Positions 1 to 12,280 of a stretch of DNA of 64,000 nucleotides are shown one piece after another. Source of the stretch: Utricularia gibba. Lineage: Eukaryota > Plantae > Magnoliophyta. The number at the start of each line of letters is the position of its first letter. Position 1 is the first letter of the stretch. Both the position numbers and the translations under genes were made by a program. The stretch spans positions 62,001 through 126,000 of the forward strand of contig NEEC01000027.1 of NCBI GenBank assembly GCA_002189035.1, written 5' to 3'. The notes beneath the pieces were generated by a model. That model was not told the DNA's origin, searched no databases, and was given only the letters and a program-made list of their open reading frames with translations.

Positions 1-1568
1 TGATCCAGACGCAGGAGTGAAACCTAGAGCCGAGTTGCTATTGATCAGAGTAGGAGACTTCTCGGAAGAATGCTCCAGATTTTTTTCTTTCCCTGTTGCT
101 GAATCAGTTTTGCTCTTTACCTTTGCGCTACCATATACAAAACTGCAACCAACCACCTGCACAACACGAAGGTAGATAGAAGCCCTGAACTCTCTACAAT
201 GATGGATGCCATGCGGTGAGGTGTGAACTGTCTGCAATGATTTAAGCAATTTTACCTGAACAGGATCTGCGGCGATGAGCTTACCACCTATTGCACCCCC
301 AATGATATGACCATCAGGACTACAAACGGAAATACTTATACCCCCAGTTCGATCATGGGGAGCACCAGCTTCGGTGACCAAGTATGAGCCCGACAAGCAC
401 AGTATCTCGAAATGACCCTAAAGATGTTAATGTGTCTCAGGCATCTATGAGAAGTGGCGAGATCCTCAGGCAGTACTTTTACCTCATATGTTATGGTTTC
501 ACCAGTATTTGCTGGTTGGCGCAATGTGAGAGTAGAGACCGATCCATTTGCAGACATGATGCATAAGGCCCGTGGCCTTTGTTGTGCAAATGCAAGGATT
601 TTCCCAGAAATATCCTGCAAACAATTGTACAAAAAATTGCTTGAGCTTATCCAATATGTCTCAGACAAGGCCAACACACCTGCACCATACCTCTCCAACT
701 CCGACGCGCAAGACATGTGGAGTAAAAGCAAGTCCAGCGGAGCTGTTCATCCATTCACCTAGCAAGACAATGGCATATGAGGTTAAATGTTCAAAGAAGA
801 CCGCCAGTAAAAATTTGCATTGAGCAATAATGTACATTCCAGGATGTTGACATTATAATAGCTTGCACGAGAAAATTACTCACGATGGCAAGGCGAAAGG
901 CCTAGCCACTTGCATTTTCAAAAATGCTACCATAAGCACAAGCTATTACTTTTACTATACAAAGCATCTCCTACTTATTAATTCCTTTTACAGCCTCAAG
1001 AAATAAAATTCATACCATCAGTTTATTTAAGATTGAACAGCAAAAAGGAACACTCATAAACAGCGAGAACATACCCAGAGGAGCAAGTTTCTGCTTCCAG
1101 CCTGTTCCTGGAGGCCGCCCTCGACGTCCTTTTTCCCCAGGGCTGACCACCCAGAGGAAGAGGGCTTTGGAGCTGGTAATGGGGACAAACCTAAAGCCAT
1201 ATTTGCCCCACCAGGACCATATTTCCTAGGCCTACCCCTTTTCTTCTTCGAAGGCTGACTGTTTTGTGATCCAATTGGGACCGGTGCCGTATTTACGGCA
1301 TGCGGAAAACTAGGCTGTGAATTCTCAAGGGGAAAGGCTGAGTTGCTTGCAGCACCTCCACCAAGGCCAACATTGGTTTGAAAGGGAATGATGGGATTTG
1401 TATTGTTCTTGAAACTGGGAATTGGATGATGAATTCTACTAATCTGCGAAGAGGGCGACCCTCCCCACCACCGTGAACTGGCACTGGCCCTGTGCCGCCA
1501 GTACCGCTACCTCTACCAGGATAATAAGCAGCTGAACCTGCTAATGCCATTCCTTCTCTCCCATCCAT
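1..1568 (-). CDS. AHL: AT-hook motif nuclear-localized protein (two AT-hooks + PPC/DUF296), 5 exons, runs off the left edge; apparent 1-nt frameshift at ~1463-1466
   Basis: Start MDGREGMALAGSAAYY; AT-hooks KKRGRPRKY and RRGRPPG; PPC exons EWMNSSAGLAFTPHV, DISGKILAFAQQRPRALCIMSANG, GHFEILCLSGS..GGAIGGKLIAA joined by GT-AG introns. Confidence 0.93.
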
Positions 1569-2733
1569 TCATTTACTAACTAAAATTCTAACTTTGGACT
1601 AAATTAATGCAACTCAAACTTCAAATGGTTCAAACGCGTCTGATGGGGAATCAAATGAAAGTTCAAGAGGAAAAAAAAAAAACATTGAGAAAACCAACAG
1701 TAACAAGCAGGACACTGGAATGCGAAAAGTTGAAATCTCTACGAGAAGCTTATGATGCGTTCTCTAGTTTGAACTGAAGTTAACGTGACTATAACTAGAA
1801 ATCGTTCTACTACGGATTACCGAGTCTGAAACTGAACTGCCCGAGAATTGAAAAGAAAAATTCTACTGACGTGACCAAATGAAACAGAAAAGGCACGTTC
1901 CAGAATACTAAAACTGGGAAAATCGAAAATTTTAGCAGAAGTTCTTAGAGTCTCCACAAACAATGGATGGAGTGAAGAATACAGCACGAATTACTCAACA
2001 CGTACCTGAGAATGGAGTTCAAAAAGATTCCTTGAACAAGGAAGCTCAAAATAAAAAAAAAATGATGGGAATACAAAGAAGCTCAAAATCCAGTCTCTGG
2101 CTCATACTAAGCGCAACCAGTAAACAAACGTAAGTTGTGGACACTCGACAGAACTGAAACCCTAGATATGGAGTGGGTAGAAGGAAAAAAAGAGCTGGGA
2201 AAAAGATGAGAAACGATAACGACAAAAGCGAGAATGAATGGTAAAAGTTGTGCTGTTAATTTAAAAGAAGCGAAGGAAAGGATTCCTTTTTCCCTTGTTT
2301 AAATTCCAAGCAAGCAATTGTGGGGTTTGAAACGAGACTGTGAAGGAACGGAGTTCTTATCCCAGGGCAGGGAGCCGATGTTGTAAGGATCTGACTCCAA
2401 CGCATTAAAGCCAGCCATTGGAGGAGTACAGTTGGTCTCAACTCAACCTTCCAGAGTAAGATGCTCTCATCACTGAATCTACCGACAGTTCATCAACTAT
2501 AACTCCATTCCCTTGCGCGAGTAACTTCAAAATTTTTCCTTTTCTTCTCTTTTGTAAGGTTATTACTAATTTCTTCGTCAAAGTTACAGAAGAAAACCAT
2601 CAAATTTCTTAGTTACAAATTCATATGCATACTACTTTCTAGGGGCAGGATGTTTCAGTACACTCCCCTCGCTGTAAATCGAATTCTGAACCCTATTACA
2701 ACATCTCTAACAATTTTACATTATCTCAGATCA

Positions 2734-3871
2734 TCATCGTGGAGCACCCTGGGAAAAGGGTTCATTTTTCTGTTCGCTCTTGTTCGCAAAGTCCAAGTAC
2801 CCCTGGGCATATGAATGGACATGCTATTAGTTTGACTACTTGACAGCAGAATGTGAGTGAGATCAGGGTTTGGACAACTCGCACCTGAAGGATTTGTACT
2901 GCAGCCAACTTGTCACTGATAGTCTTGGACTGCACAGGAGAGAAACTGAAGGGCTTCAAGAGAAAATCTATGTTCTTGAGGCCCAACAAAAATTTGTGTA
3001 TTAATTAGTAAACAAGCAATACAAGCACAACTTTTAAAGATAAATTAGCAACGTGTTGAAAACCTTGGATGTGAAGCATTCTTCCCAAAATGTATATTTT
3101 ATATCTTCGAGCTTCCGCGTCTTCCGGAGTTCATCAGCGAACATCTTCACATGCCCACCCTGCAAGGATGTAACACTGGTATTAGAATAGCAAACACAGG
3201 TTAAAGGAGTTATCATCCTTGGGAATGGAATGGGGACGTGTACAGGAAAAGATGGTGGAACACACATCTACGCTGTTTCTATCTCTATGACGAGGAATTC
3301 CAAAAACGAAGCCTGCAAGTGAAAATTCAGCGGCCTGCATGAGAGGATGAGAACATCAGCTGCTGATCTTTTCATTCATAAAACTGCCAACATCCATCTA
3401 AGCATGAAAGGATCTAGCATAGCCCGATTAAGGGCTTACCCGCTAAGCGGAATTTATAGATAACAGATGCATTTCAGCTCTCTATCACCGTAAGCACGAT
3501 CAGTCCCACTAACGTCAAAGAACATAACTTGGATTGGATTAAAAGAAGAGATTACTCACCAAGCACCTTAAATCAGCAGCAATTAAATCCATATTTGATT
3601 TTTTGCGAACAAGAACACTACAGGCAAGCAAACGAGTCCGTGCATTCAGGAATTCAACAAGCTTTCAAGCGTAACCATAGATCGTAAACGAAGAAGACGG
3701 TGTTTATGGAAGAAGCAGCACTGACCACAGGGGCGAAGCAATTTTATTATCTTCAGAGGAGATGGCGAGGCCCAAGTATTTGTCACCAATGTCAACTCCA
3801 AGCAAACGGCCACCCGTAATCACATTCGATTTCAGGAGTTGGAATAATCCCAATGGTTGCAAGTACTTCAT
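2734..3871 (-). CDS. YqgF/RuvX-family RNase H-like protein (putative pre-16S rRNA nuclease), 6 exons
   Basis: GRLLGVDIGDKYLGLAIS motif; exons SVLVRKKSNMD, AAEFSLAGFVFGIP, KYTFWEECFTSK, KTISDKLAAVQILQ, GYLDF; TGA at 2734-2736. Confidence 0.88.
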
Positions 3872-3973
3872 TCTTTCCTTGTTCTGTTTGGGCAACAGTG
3901 AAATCTCGAGAAGAGAAGAGACGGATGGCGCCGCGGATCTGGGCTTCGAATTTTAGGTTTTCGATACCAGTTT

Positions 3974-3981
3974 TATTTATA
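3974..3981 (-). promoter_or_regulatory. Candidate TATA box (TATAAATA) of the YqgF-like gene
   Basis: TATAAATA on minus strand ~100 nt upstream of the ATG and ~20 nt downstream of the MRP T-run. Confidence 0.55.
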
Positions 3982-4000
3982 CCCACCCCGAAGCAGCAGC

Positions 4001-4005
4001 AAAAA
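4001..4005 (-). terminator. Pol III oligo-T terminator of the MRP RNA
   Basis: TTTTT on minus strand immediately after the 3' strand of helix P1. Confidence 0.8.
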
Positions 4006-4299
4006 GGTTGCCACGAGAATGTAAGCCCCGTTCTGTTAATCCATTTCATTGGACCAGGCAGATAACTGTCTAGTTAATCGACCAAGAGTCGCACCATCCC
4101 CATCACACGCCATGAGAGCTCCACACGTGTCTCAGCTCCTCCCCCCAACCACATGGGTCGGGGAGAGCGTCAATGGAATGGGCTATAACTCGTTTCCGAG
4201 TGCGCATCTCTGCACGTAACGGTCCGGGGACTTTCCTGAGCCCATGGCCCAAACCCTCACGGGATTGGACATTGCGACCCATCTGCCTCATCTCGTGGC
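4006..4299 (-). ncRNA. MRP: RNase MRP RNA (~294 nt)
   Basis: CR-I AGGAAAGTCCCCGG (4237-4224) pairs with CR-V AACGGGGCTTAC (4032-4021) to give P4 with bulged U; CR-IV-like GACAGTTATC (4070-4061); 5' GCCACGAGA pairs with 3' TCTCGTGGC (P1); type-3 Pol III promoter and T5 terminator. Confidence 0.95.
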
Positions 4300-4322
4300 G
4301 CACGCTTAACATCCATCCCCGC

Positions 4323-4365
4323 AATATAAACAAAGATCAATAAAAGTCTACTACCGATGTGGGCT
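4323..4365 (-). promoter_or_regulatory. Plant snRNA-type Pol III promoter (USE + TATA)
   Basis: USE-like AGCCCACATCG (4365-4355; consensus RTCCCACATCG), 24-nt spacer, TTTATATT (4330-4323), 23 nt, then +1 G at 4299; same geometry as plant U6 promoters. Confidence 0.9.
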
Positions 4366-4473
4366 CAAAAGATGTTTACACAAACTCCCTCCCCCTTATT
4401 TGTGGAGCGACAAGACCTGGTCGTCCTGAACAACCCCTCCCCGCCCTTCCAGCCCGTGGCGCTGGTGGTTAGG

Positions 4474-7400
4474 TCAGTAGAGCAACTCCTCGAAAACAGG
4501 GTCTACGCATTGCGCCCACTTGCCATGGTACAGATCAAGGAGCCTCTCCGCAGGCGTCACTCCTGCATTAATATGTCCACGGACGACCAGGGCTTAGTGG
4601 AAACTTGCGACTAAAGAAACTATGATTATGAGAATGATATGATCACCAACCTGTATTAACCACTTGTGCCACTTCATTCAGGAATCCAGTTTCTTTGAAG
4701 CCGCGTCTTTCAAGGCCATCCTGTAAGGGAATGAATACGCAGGCATGAAACCACATTCTTCCCAGGCTCAACTGTTGAACAAAACACTTGGCAAACTTGA
4801 CAACTAGTACCTTGGCAAACTTGACAACTTCTTGGGCTATATGCTTCAACATGCCATCACGAAAGGGTGTCTTCAGGCCATGCTTGGGGACCTGAAAATA
4901 CTCCCTTTGATCAAAACTCAGTCGTGTGCACTGAGGCGAGGCAATATTATAACATAAAAGGCATCACAAACCTCATTTCTAAGCATCTGCCTTTCTTCTG
5001 AAGTCCAATCTGCTGTCAAGTCCAATACATTTTGTAAAGACACATCATCATACAAAATGCCAACCTGAAAGACAGATGATTCAGTGTCTGCACCCGCCAC
5101 CATGTGTAAAAAAACCAAATCCATATACTGGACTTGTTCCTTCAGGTTTACCAGAAAATCCCTAAATTCAGGAAAAAAAAAAAGTACCCAAAACGCAGGT
5201 AAGGCGCACAGCCTTCTCCAGGGTCCTCCATCAGCACCCCTCATCTCTAAGTACCTTTTAAGCCTTACCTGCGAAGTAAACATGTTGATTAAGATAACTG
5301 TATTCACATAAATACTATTGCAACTTTTGGAGATTATGACATCGGGAACCTCAGGAAATATTGTTGTCAAATGATTCTCCCAGTCATCAAGATTTGGATA
5401 TACGCCTGGAAGACAAGGCAGTTTCCCAGCCATAAAATCCTGGCAGCATTTGGATAAGCAAGATGAAATAAAAAAAGTAAACATGAGGAATTTATAAAAA
5501 ACAAAAGAGAGAGACTCAAGAATCGAGAAGAACCCGGAAAGACATCCCCGTGCAATTGACATATTTTTATTGCGGTAGACAAAGTACATAGGAACATCGA
5601 GTGCATAATCAACATACTGTTCAAACCTGTGCCAAACAAACAAACATGATCAAGTGATCGCCTGCTCTGATTGTAGATATCAGCAAGGAGAATCAAGTTA
5701 TAATGGAAGTTGTGAGTGTGCTGTCGCCAAAGAAGACTCACCCAAAAGACTCATCAAACACAAAGGGAAGCATTCCCGTGCGGGCATTGTCAGTGTCCGT
5801 CCATATCTGACTGTGATGGGAAAAAAAGCATATTTTTTTGAAATACAGGAAATGAAAGAAGCTTAGTAATCATAGAAGAGTAATAGCAAATACCTTCTCA
5901 TGCTCAGATAACCATTTGGTTTCCCATCGGTAAAAGGCGAATTTGCAAAAATTGCAGTTGCTATCTATTGTAATGGCAAGTTAGATAACGTAAACCATTA
6001 TATTTGTTGAAAAATGAGCAACTTACAGGTTGCAGGGCAAGGCCAGCACGAAACTTCCTTATCATATCCGACTCTGAACTAAAGTCTAGATTGACCTGGG
6101 ATACCAAGTGTAGAGACTGGTTCATGAATTGCGATTTCAGTGAACACTATAACTGAATCATCACAGAATCCATGCGCACCTGAACAGTACATGTCCGAAA
6201 CATCATGTCAAGTCCAAGTGAACCAACTTTAGGCATGTAATTCCTCATAATCTCGTACCGTCCCTGATTCAAGTTTTTTAAGTTAGAATAGTCATAGTTT
6301 ACCAATGAATGTTCCAAAAACTAATACATTAGGGAAATATAGACATCACACTCCAGCCCAGCACCGAAAATTCATGAGGTCAGGCACACACACTCGTGAA
6401 AATATTTAACATATAACTAGAATCCTCTGGAATGAACCAAAAGTAAAAGACAAAAAAAAAAAAGCTTATACAAATTCATATCAATACAACCTTGGGCATA
6501 ACTGGAATGTCCTCACGTCTCCATTTCGGTTGAAAACCAATTCCTAAAAACCCTAAGCCCATCTCCTCAGCAACAGCCTTAACCTGAGCATTATTTTTTT
6601 AAAAAAAATCAGCAGCAGCTGGAAGATTGGATTTTCAGGAAAACCAGTCCAATTAACCTGGTAAAGATGAGAGTTAACTTCGGCACAAGTTTGATGAAGT
6701 GTTTCAAGGGGCGCACCACTGAGTTCAAATTGGCCACCCGGCTCCAAGGATATACTCTGTTTCCCCTGGATCAAAAACAAACTTCAGAATTTAGTTTAAA
6801 AATATGGATCAGGAAGAAATAAAAAATTAAATGAATGCTTATGTTTGAAAATGGAGGATTTCCATGCGGCATGTAGGTTGTATTTTAAAAGAAATAATGA
6901 AAACATAGCATCATAACTGCTGCGCTGCATCAGTATCCAGTTCATTAATAAGAAGCTGAATGAGATGAAGAGCATGCCTGCTTTAGGCCAATAATGTTAT
7001 CATCTTCCATTATCTTATCCCATTCAAATCTCTCGGATATTCCGTTGAGTAGCTCTGCTATCTGCTCATATTTCATAGGCTGGAGAGTTTTAATTTCGAA
7101 CCCAAATTTTTCATGCTCGGTCCCTATCCTGAATGATGAGAATGCTAGATGTTCCTCAGGAGTTCAAAAGGCAGTAACATCAAAATCAAAATGAAAATCA
7201 AAATACTTGAAAACAGAAATCAGAAGTCATCTTGGATAATCAGGCGAAGGTAAATGGGGCGGAAAAAGGATATGAGAATAGTCTCTTCACTTCCTCAGAA
7301 GGAAAAAAAGAAAAAAGACATGAATAAAGTATACAAAGCAATACTTGACAAAAAATGAACCTCCATTTTTCCTTAGGCTTGCATCCAGAAGCAAGGTAAT

Positions 7401-7659
7401 TTAGGAGGTCTTCTCTTGTAACTGGTTCAGTAGAAAGAACAGCACCCTCTGTGGGAGGGCTGGCACCAACAATCAACTGATGCCTACACAAGCCGGTGTT
7501 TTGTGTGGTCAGCCTTGATGAATCCCATGAAGGAGAAAACAATTCCTTGCTTAACACAGTTTTTCGGGCAAGACTGCTAACTCCACCAATGCTAGATTTG
7601 CACCGTACAGTTTCAGACTGGATGTAGTGTAATGAACCCGGACAGGACATCAGCGCCAT
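4474..7659 (-). CDS. GSH1: Glutamate-cysteine ligase, plastidic, multi-exon; apparent 1-nt frameshift at 5564-5568
   Basis: Transit peptide then [88 protein letters not shown]-terminus [16 protein letters not shown]. Confidence 0.97.
4787..4829. repeat. 19-nt direct repeat (period 24) copying a GSH1 exon end into the intron
   Basis: cttggcaaacttgacaact at 4787-4805 and 4811-4829, separated by the GTACT donor. Confidence 0.95.
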
Positions 7660-9539
7660 GGCCAAAAGCTAAAAATTACAGATGTAGATTAATCATTATA
7701 TATTAAAAAAAAAACAACTGCAATACGTCAAAACCAGTCACATATGCACATTCAAGTTGCACCTTTTCACACCCACCTTCCCACTAATATTTTTTCTGGT
7801 ATGGTAGCAAATATTCTAGAGGAAACAAGTGTGCGATTAGATGGGTGGTTGAGTTACAAAAAAAAAAAAAAAAAAGTCCGCAGTGGCGATCATCACTTTT
7901 GGAATTACTAGCAACGCAGATCACAATCCAAGTTAATGGTCAAAATTCACTCGCAAATCAGCACAAAACATGCTCAGTTGATATAGATCATGAAAAATCT
8001 TTTTACAGGGTATTCACCAGCTAACGATTCTCAAGAACACGGAAACAAGAATCAGAAGTTACGATCAAGAACAATTTTTCCGAGTGCATAAAAAGAATCC
8101 ATTTGAATTGGATTGAACAGCTGTAAGAAGAGTAAGCAAGAATACAGAAACAAGAATCGACGAGAGGTGAATTTCTTCCCTTGGGCAGGCGTCCCAGTTC
8201 CCAAAATGCTAACTTTTAAAAGGGAAAACAAAGGAAACGAAGAAAGAACCTCCACGTAATCCCCAGGAAAACTTTCGCCAACCCCAAAAGCTAAAATGCA
8301 CACGAAGCCGCGGTTGGAGCAGGATTCTGAAAGCGAACCGCCAGCCTACGTTTCTTGACTCCTTAAAAACGCCAGCTCAATTTCAGTGATTTCCCTAGGA
8401 ATCAATCAATTTATCATTCTTGTCTGAAACGCCTTCAATAAATAATGGCGGGGAAGGAAAGTGGCAGAAAGACGGATTCTTTTCCTATTTCCTCCAACTT
8501 GCATACTTACGTAAACACATACGTAATGGAGTTTCAAGGTATTTTTAACCCTAATTCTTATCACCATCAGTCATACATACTCCAACCAAGGACTTGTAAT
8601 TTGGAAATGGCAGGTCCAAAATTGCAGTCGGAAAAGCGCTTTGAAGGATACAACAGCCTCGAAATATTCAAAAAGGTTAAAACTTTTACTTCCTAATTGC
8701 ACCTTTGATGGTGTAATTTAGGGAAAACGGGAGACATTTTTCACTTCCTTCCACACTTTTACCGCGGTACGAAGACATCCTCCAGAATAAGAAACCCATT
8801 TCCAGAAAATCCGCAGTTCTTGGCATGCTCGACGAACGCCACAGCTTCGTAGCCTCCGAAGTTCAAAAACTAGGTGAGTACCATGCTCTTATTCTCGTGG
8901 TTTCCTCCTGGCGGTTTGCAATGTGATGAAAACTGATGTTCTATTTGCTTTGTTGCATATGTGGAGTTGAAGTTTTCTGGTTTCCTGCTTCCCCTTATAG
9001 GATATCAAGTGAAAGGGATTTTCTTTGATTCAAGCCCTCCCACGAGATGATACAGTCATTAACCCTAATTTGGGTGGTTCGGCTGTTTTAAACTTGATTT
9101 GGACTATAGTTTTTCAACTTCCGGCATTGAAAGGTATCGAGCTATTTTTCTTCCTCAATGTTCTGTAAATGCTTCTCTGTTGATTGGGTTTCTCTGTTGC
9201 GGAAAATACGGCTTGGATGTGATCATTTATTACCAAGGAGGAAAGATTTGGTATCATTCATGTATTTGTTTCCTATTCTCAGCTAAAATGAGAAGAATTT
9301 GGTTGATGTGGAATGATATTGGGTTAGTCGTCATAGAGTAGCATGGTTGAGATCTCATTTATTTTCTTTTAGTAGTGATATTTTTTCTTTCTACCGAACT
9401 TGTAGTTTCGTTTCATTTTGTATTTCTTAGACATTGATGCAACGTGTTTGCTGTTTGATAGTATTGCACTTCAGTCTAGATCTCTCTCTGAGCACGAAAG
9501 CCCTCAGTGCATCGTCAACTTCTAGTTTGAACTGTCGGG

Positions 9540-12280
9540 ATGGGAAATAGGAGGTTAGCAAAGCTTACTTCAAGTGATGATGATGATGATGAAGTGCCAC
9601 GACGGCACCGCAATACCAACAATAATGAGGAGAAACGAGAAAGGAAGCGTAAAAGGCTGCATCTCTCCGATGAGGAGGAATACGAGGAGGAGAACTCGAA
9701 TAAACAGGATAAGGGGAAGATGGTTGATGTAGCCGAGCATGAGGATGGGGGTGAGAACGATGAGCATGAGGAGCCAGAAGCACAACCACTAGGTGATGTC
9801 ATTAAGATTTCTGGGAAGGGAAGAGGCAGAAGAAAGCATTACACAGCATTTGATTGTGACGGTCAGCAGTTCCACCTTGTATGTTTTTTGGCTTTGTTTT
9901 TAAACAGCACTTGGTTGTTTTCAGCTGTTTAGGGCTTTGAATAATTTCCAACATGTCACTGTTGTAGTTGGCGGGAAAGTTCTGATTTATTCTTCTGTAT
10001 GTTGGAACATTTTTTTGATTCAAGCCATTTGTCTTTTAGGAGGACTCGGTGCTTCTAGTTGCTGAGGGCACACGGCAGAAGCCATATGTGGCGATACTCA
10101 AGGTATGCTTGATTGGAGTCTCAAACTCTTTTTTGAAGAACACATATTAAAGAAAAAATGTCATATGGTTTTTTTGTTCGATTCTGTAATCCACTTATAG
10201 AATCAATGCTCTTACTCTCTTTTAGTCTACTCCGTGAATGAAATTCAAGTCTTAGCTGATAGAATCTATTCTCTATTTGACAGGACATTTCACAAAGGGT
10301 TGATGGGGCTGTAATGGTCACAGGCCAGTGGTTTTATCGCCCAGAAGAGGCTGAAAAAGAGGTGGTGGAAACTGGCAATCAAGTGATACGCGGGAACTCT
10401 TTTACAGTTTCCACAGGGATGAAGTTCCCGCTGAATCTGTCATGCATAAATGCATCGTGCATTTTGTTCCTCAACATAAGCAGATTCCAACTCGCAAGCA
10501 GCATCCTGGTTTCATTGTGCAAAAAGTATATGACACTGAACAGAGGCGCCTTTTTAAATTAACAGATAAGGACTACGAAGACAATAAACAGCAAGAGATT
10601 GATCTTCTTGTTCATAAAACACTCGCCAGAGTGGGTGACCTTCCCGACCTTGAGACAGAGGATGCTCCATTGGATCGTAAAGATCCTGTGAAGAATAAAA
10701 GACTACATAAAAGGAAACTTCCACCTTTGGAAGTGACCAAGGAAGATGAAGGCCTTACTAGATCTCAATCATTTAAAGCTGAAACTCCTGGGAGTGCTGG
10801 CGTTAGTTCACCAGAGCATTACTTGATTCTCTCAAATTTTAATAAACTAACTGGGGAATCACAACGTGACAAATGGCTGGAGAAGCTTCTTCAATCGATC
10901 CAGACTTCCTGCTTTCCTGCTGTCAATAAGGAGAACGCTACTGTGGATCATGGACCTGAATCTGAAGAAAAGGTTGTAGTGGTGTGTGGATTTTTCCTGA
11001 TATTTAGATTTTTCTTAATAGTTCCAGCACTCATACTGTATATCCTCTATAATTTTTAGGGTGATGCGTCTTCTGGATGGCCAGATTCAGCTGTGCATGT
11101 GGTGGCTGCTCTTGAAAGTGTTGCTCATGATACACTTTCATCAGATTTTCTTAAGTATAACCAAAAGATGCGCTCACTAGCCTTCAATCTTAAGGTAGCT
11201 TTTACGTAGTGCCATGATCGGTTTTAGAGATCTTGACATTGACTAATCCATGTTTTCCCTATTTATGAAAGATCAACTCTGTGTTAGCCAGTCGCCTTCT
11301 AAAGGGAGAACTGGAACCTACTCAGATACTGAGTATGTCACCAGAAGAGCTGAAGGTGAGGCCTTTTCTTCAAAACAATGTCATCTTCTATTTTCTTTTC
11401 TGTTTGATCTATTCCTGTTTTTGGCATCGGAGTATAGCATTGATGGTGATTTGTAGCCATGTGCTTCCATTGTAATTGTTCTCGTGTTTCCCATTTTAAA
11501 TGTATGGAACATACAGATGGAAATGATGTCACAATAATAGTCATATGTTACGTTTCTCCGAAAAATGCTTCACATAAATGGAATTGGTTTCATTATGCCA
11601 CATAATTTCATCTTTTTCTCTCGGAATGGACAGGGCTCCATCTCAGGCCTGATACAAGGGCTTGTTTTGCTTCTTTACATAATTTATTCGCACATAAAAA
11701 CTTCAAATTTGAAAATTTGGATTTAAAATTTCAGCTGGATTATGCAGGCCGGCTTGACAGCAGAGGAAATTGGAAGAAGGGAGCCTGAGGAGTCGGATAG
11801 AATGCAGGTTGCGCTTGTGCTTTCTCAAGGAAATGTGATATATATAGATATTGCCTGGATAGCATACAACCCATGCTTGTCTCGGCTTCTGTCGCATGAA
11901 CTGAGACAGAAGCCCATACTAACGTAATACATGAACCATCCTTGTTTCTTAACCACAGATGACAGATGCTCGGTGCAAAATATGCAACCAGAAACAAGTT
12001 GGTCTGAAGGATATAATTCAAGCTGGACATGGAGATCGCTATCAGGTATTTTATGCAGACAGGCCTATGATAACTTCATCTATTTTCCTGCATTGTCTAA
12101 GCTTCTTCATTTGCCGGGTTCCCTTAGTTGGAATGCGTTGCTTGTGGGAATACATGGTTTGCATCTAGAGATGATGCTCCCACCTTTACCCTTGATGCCC
12201 CAACTTCTGCCAAAAAAACCAAGTCGATGATAACACCCACTGCGAATGCCCCTGATGCTTCTCCAAGCGAAGCCCTGTAG
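9540..12280 (+). CDS. AIPP3: BAH-domain + TFIIS-central-domain protein (AIPP3-like); apparent 1-nt frameshift at 10354-10358
   Basis: Acidic N-terminus; BAH VTGQWFYRPEEAEK..RELFYSFHRDEVPAESVMHKCIVHF; TFIIS-M KYNQKMRSLAFNLK..LASRLLKGELEP; Zn ribbon CKIC..CVAC. Confidence 0.85.
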
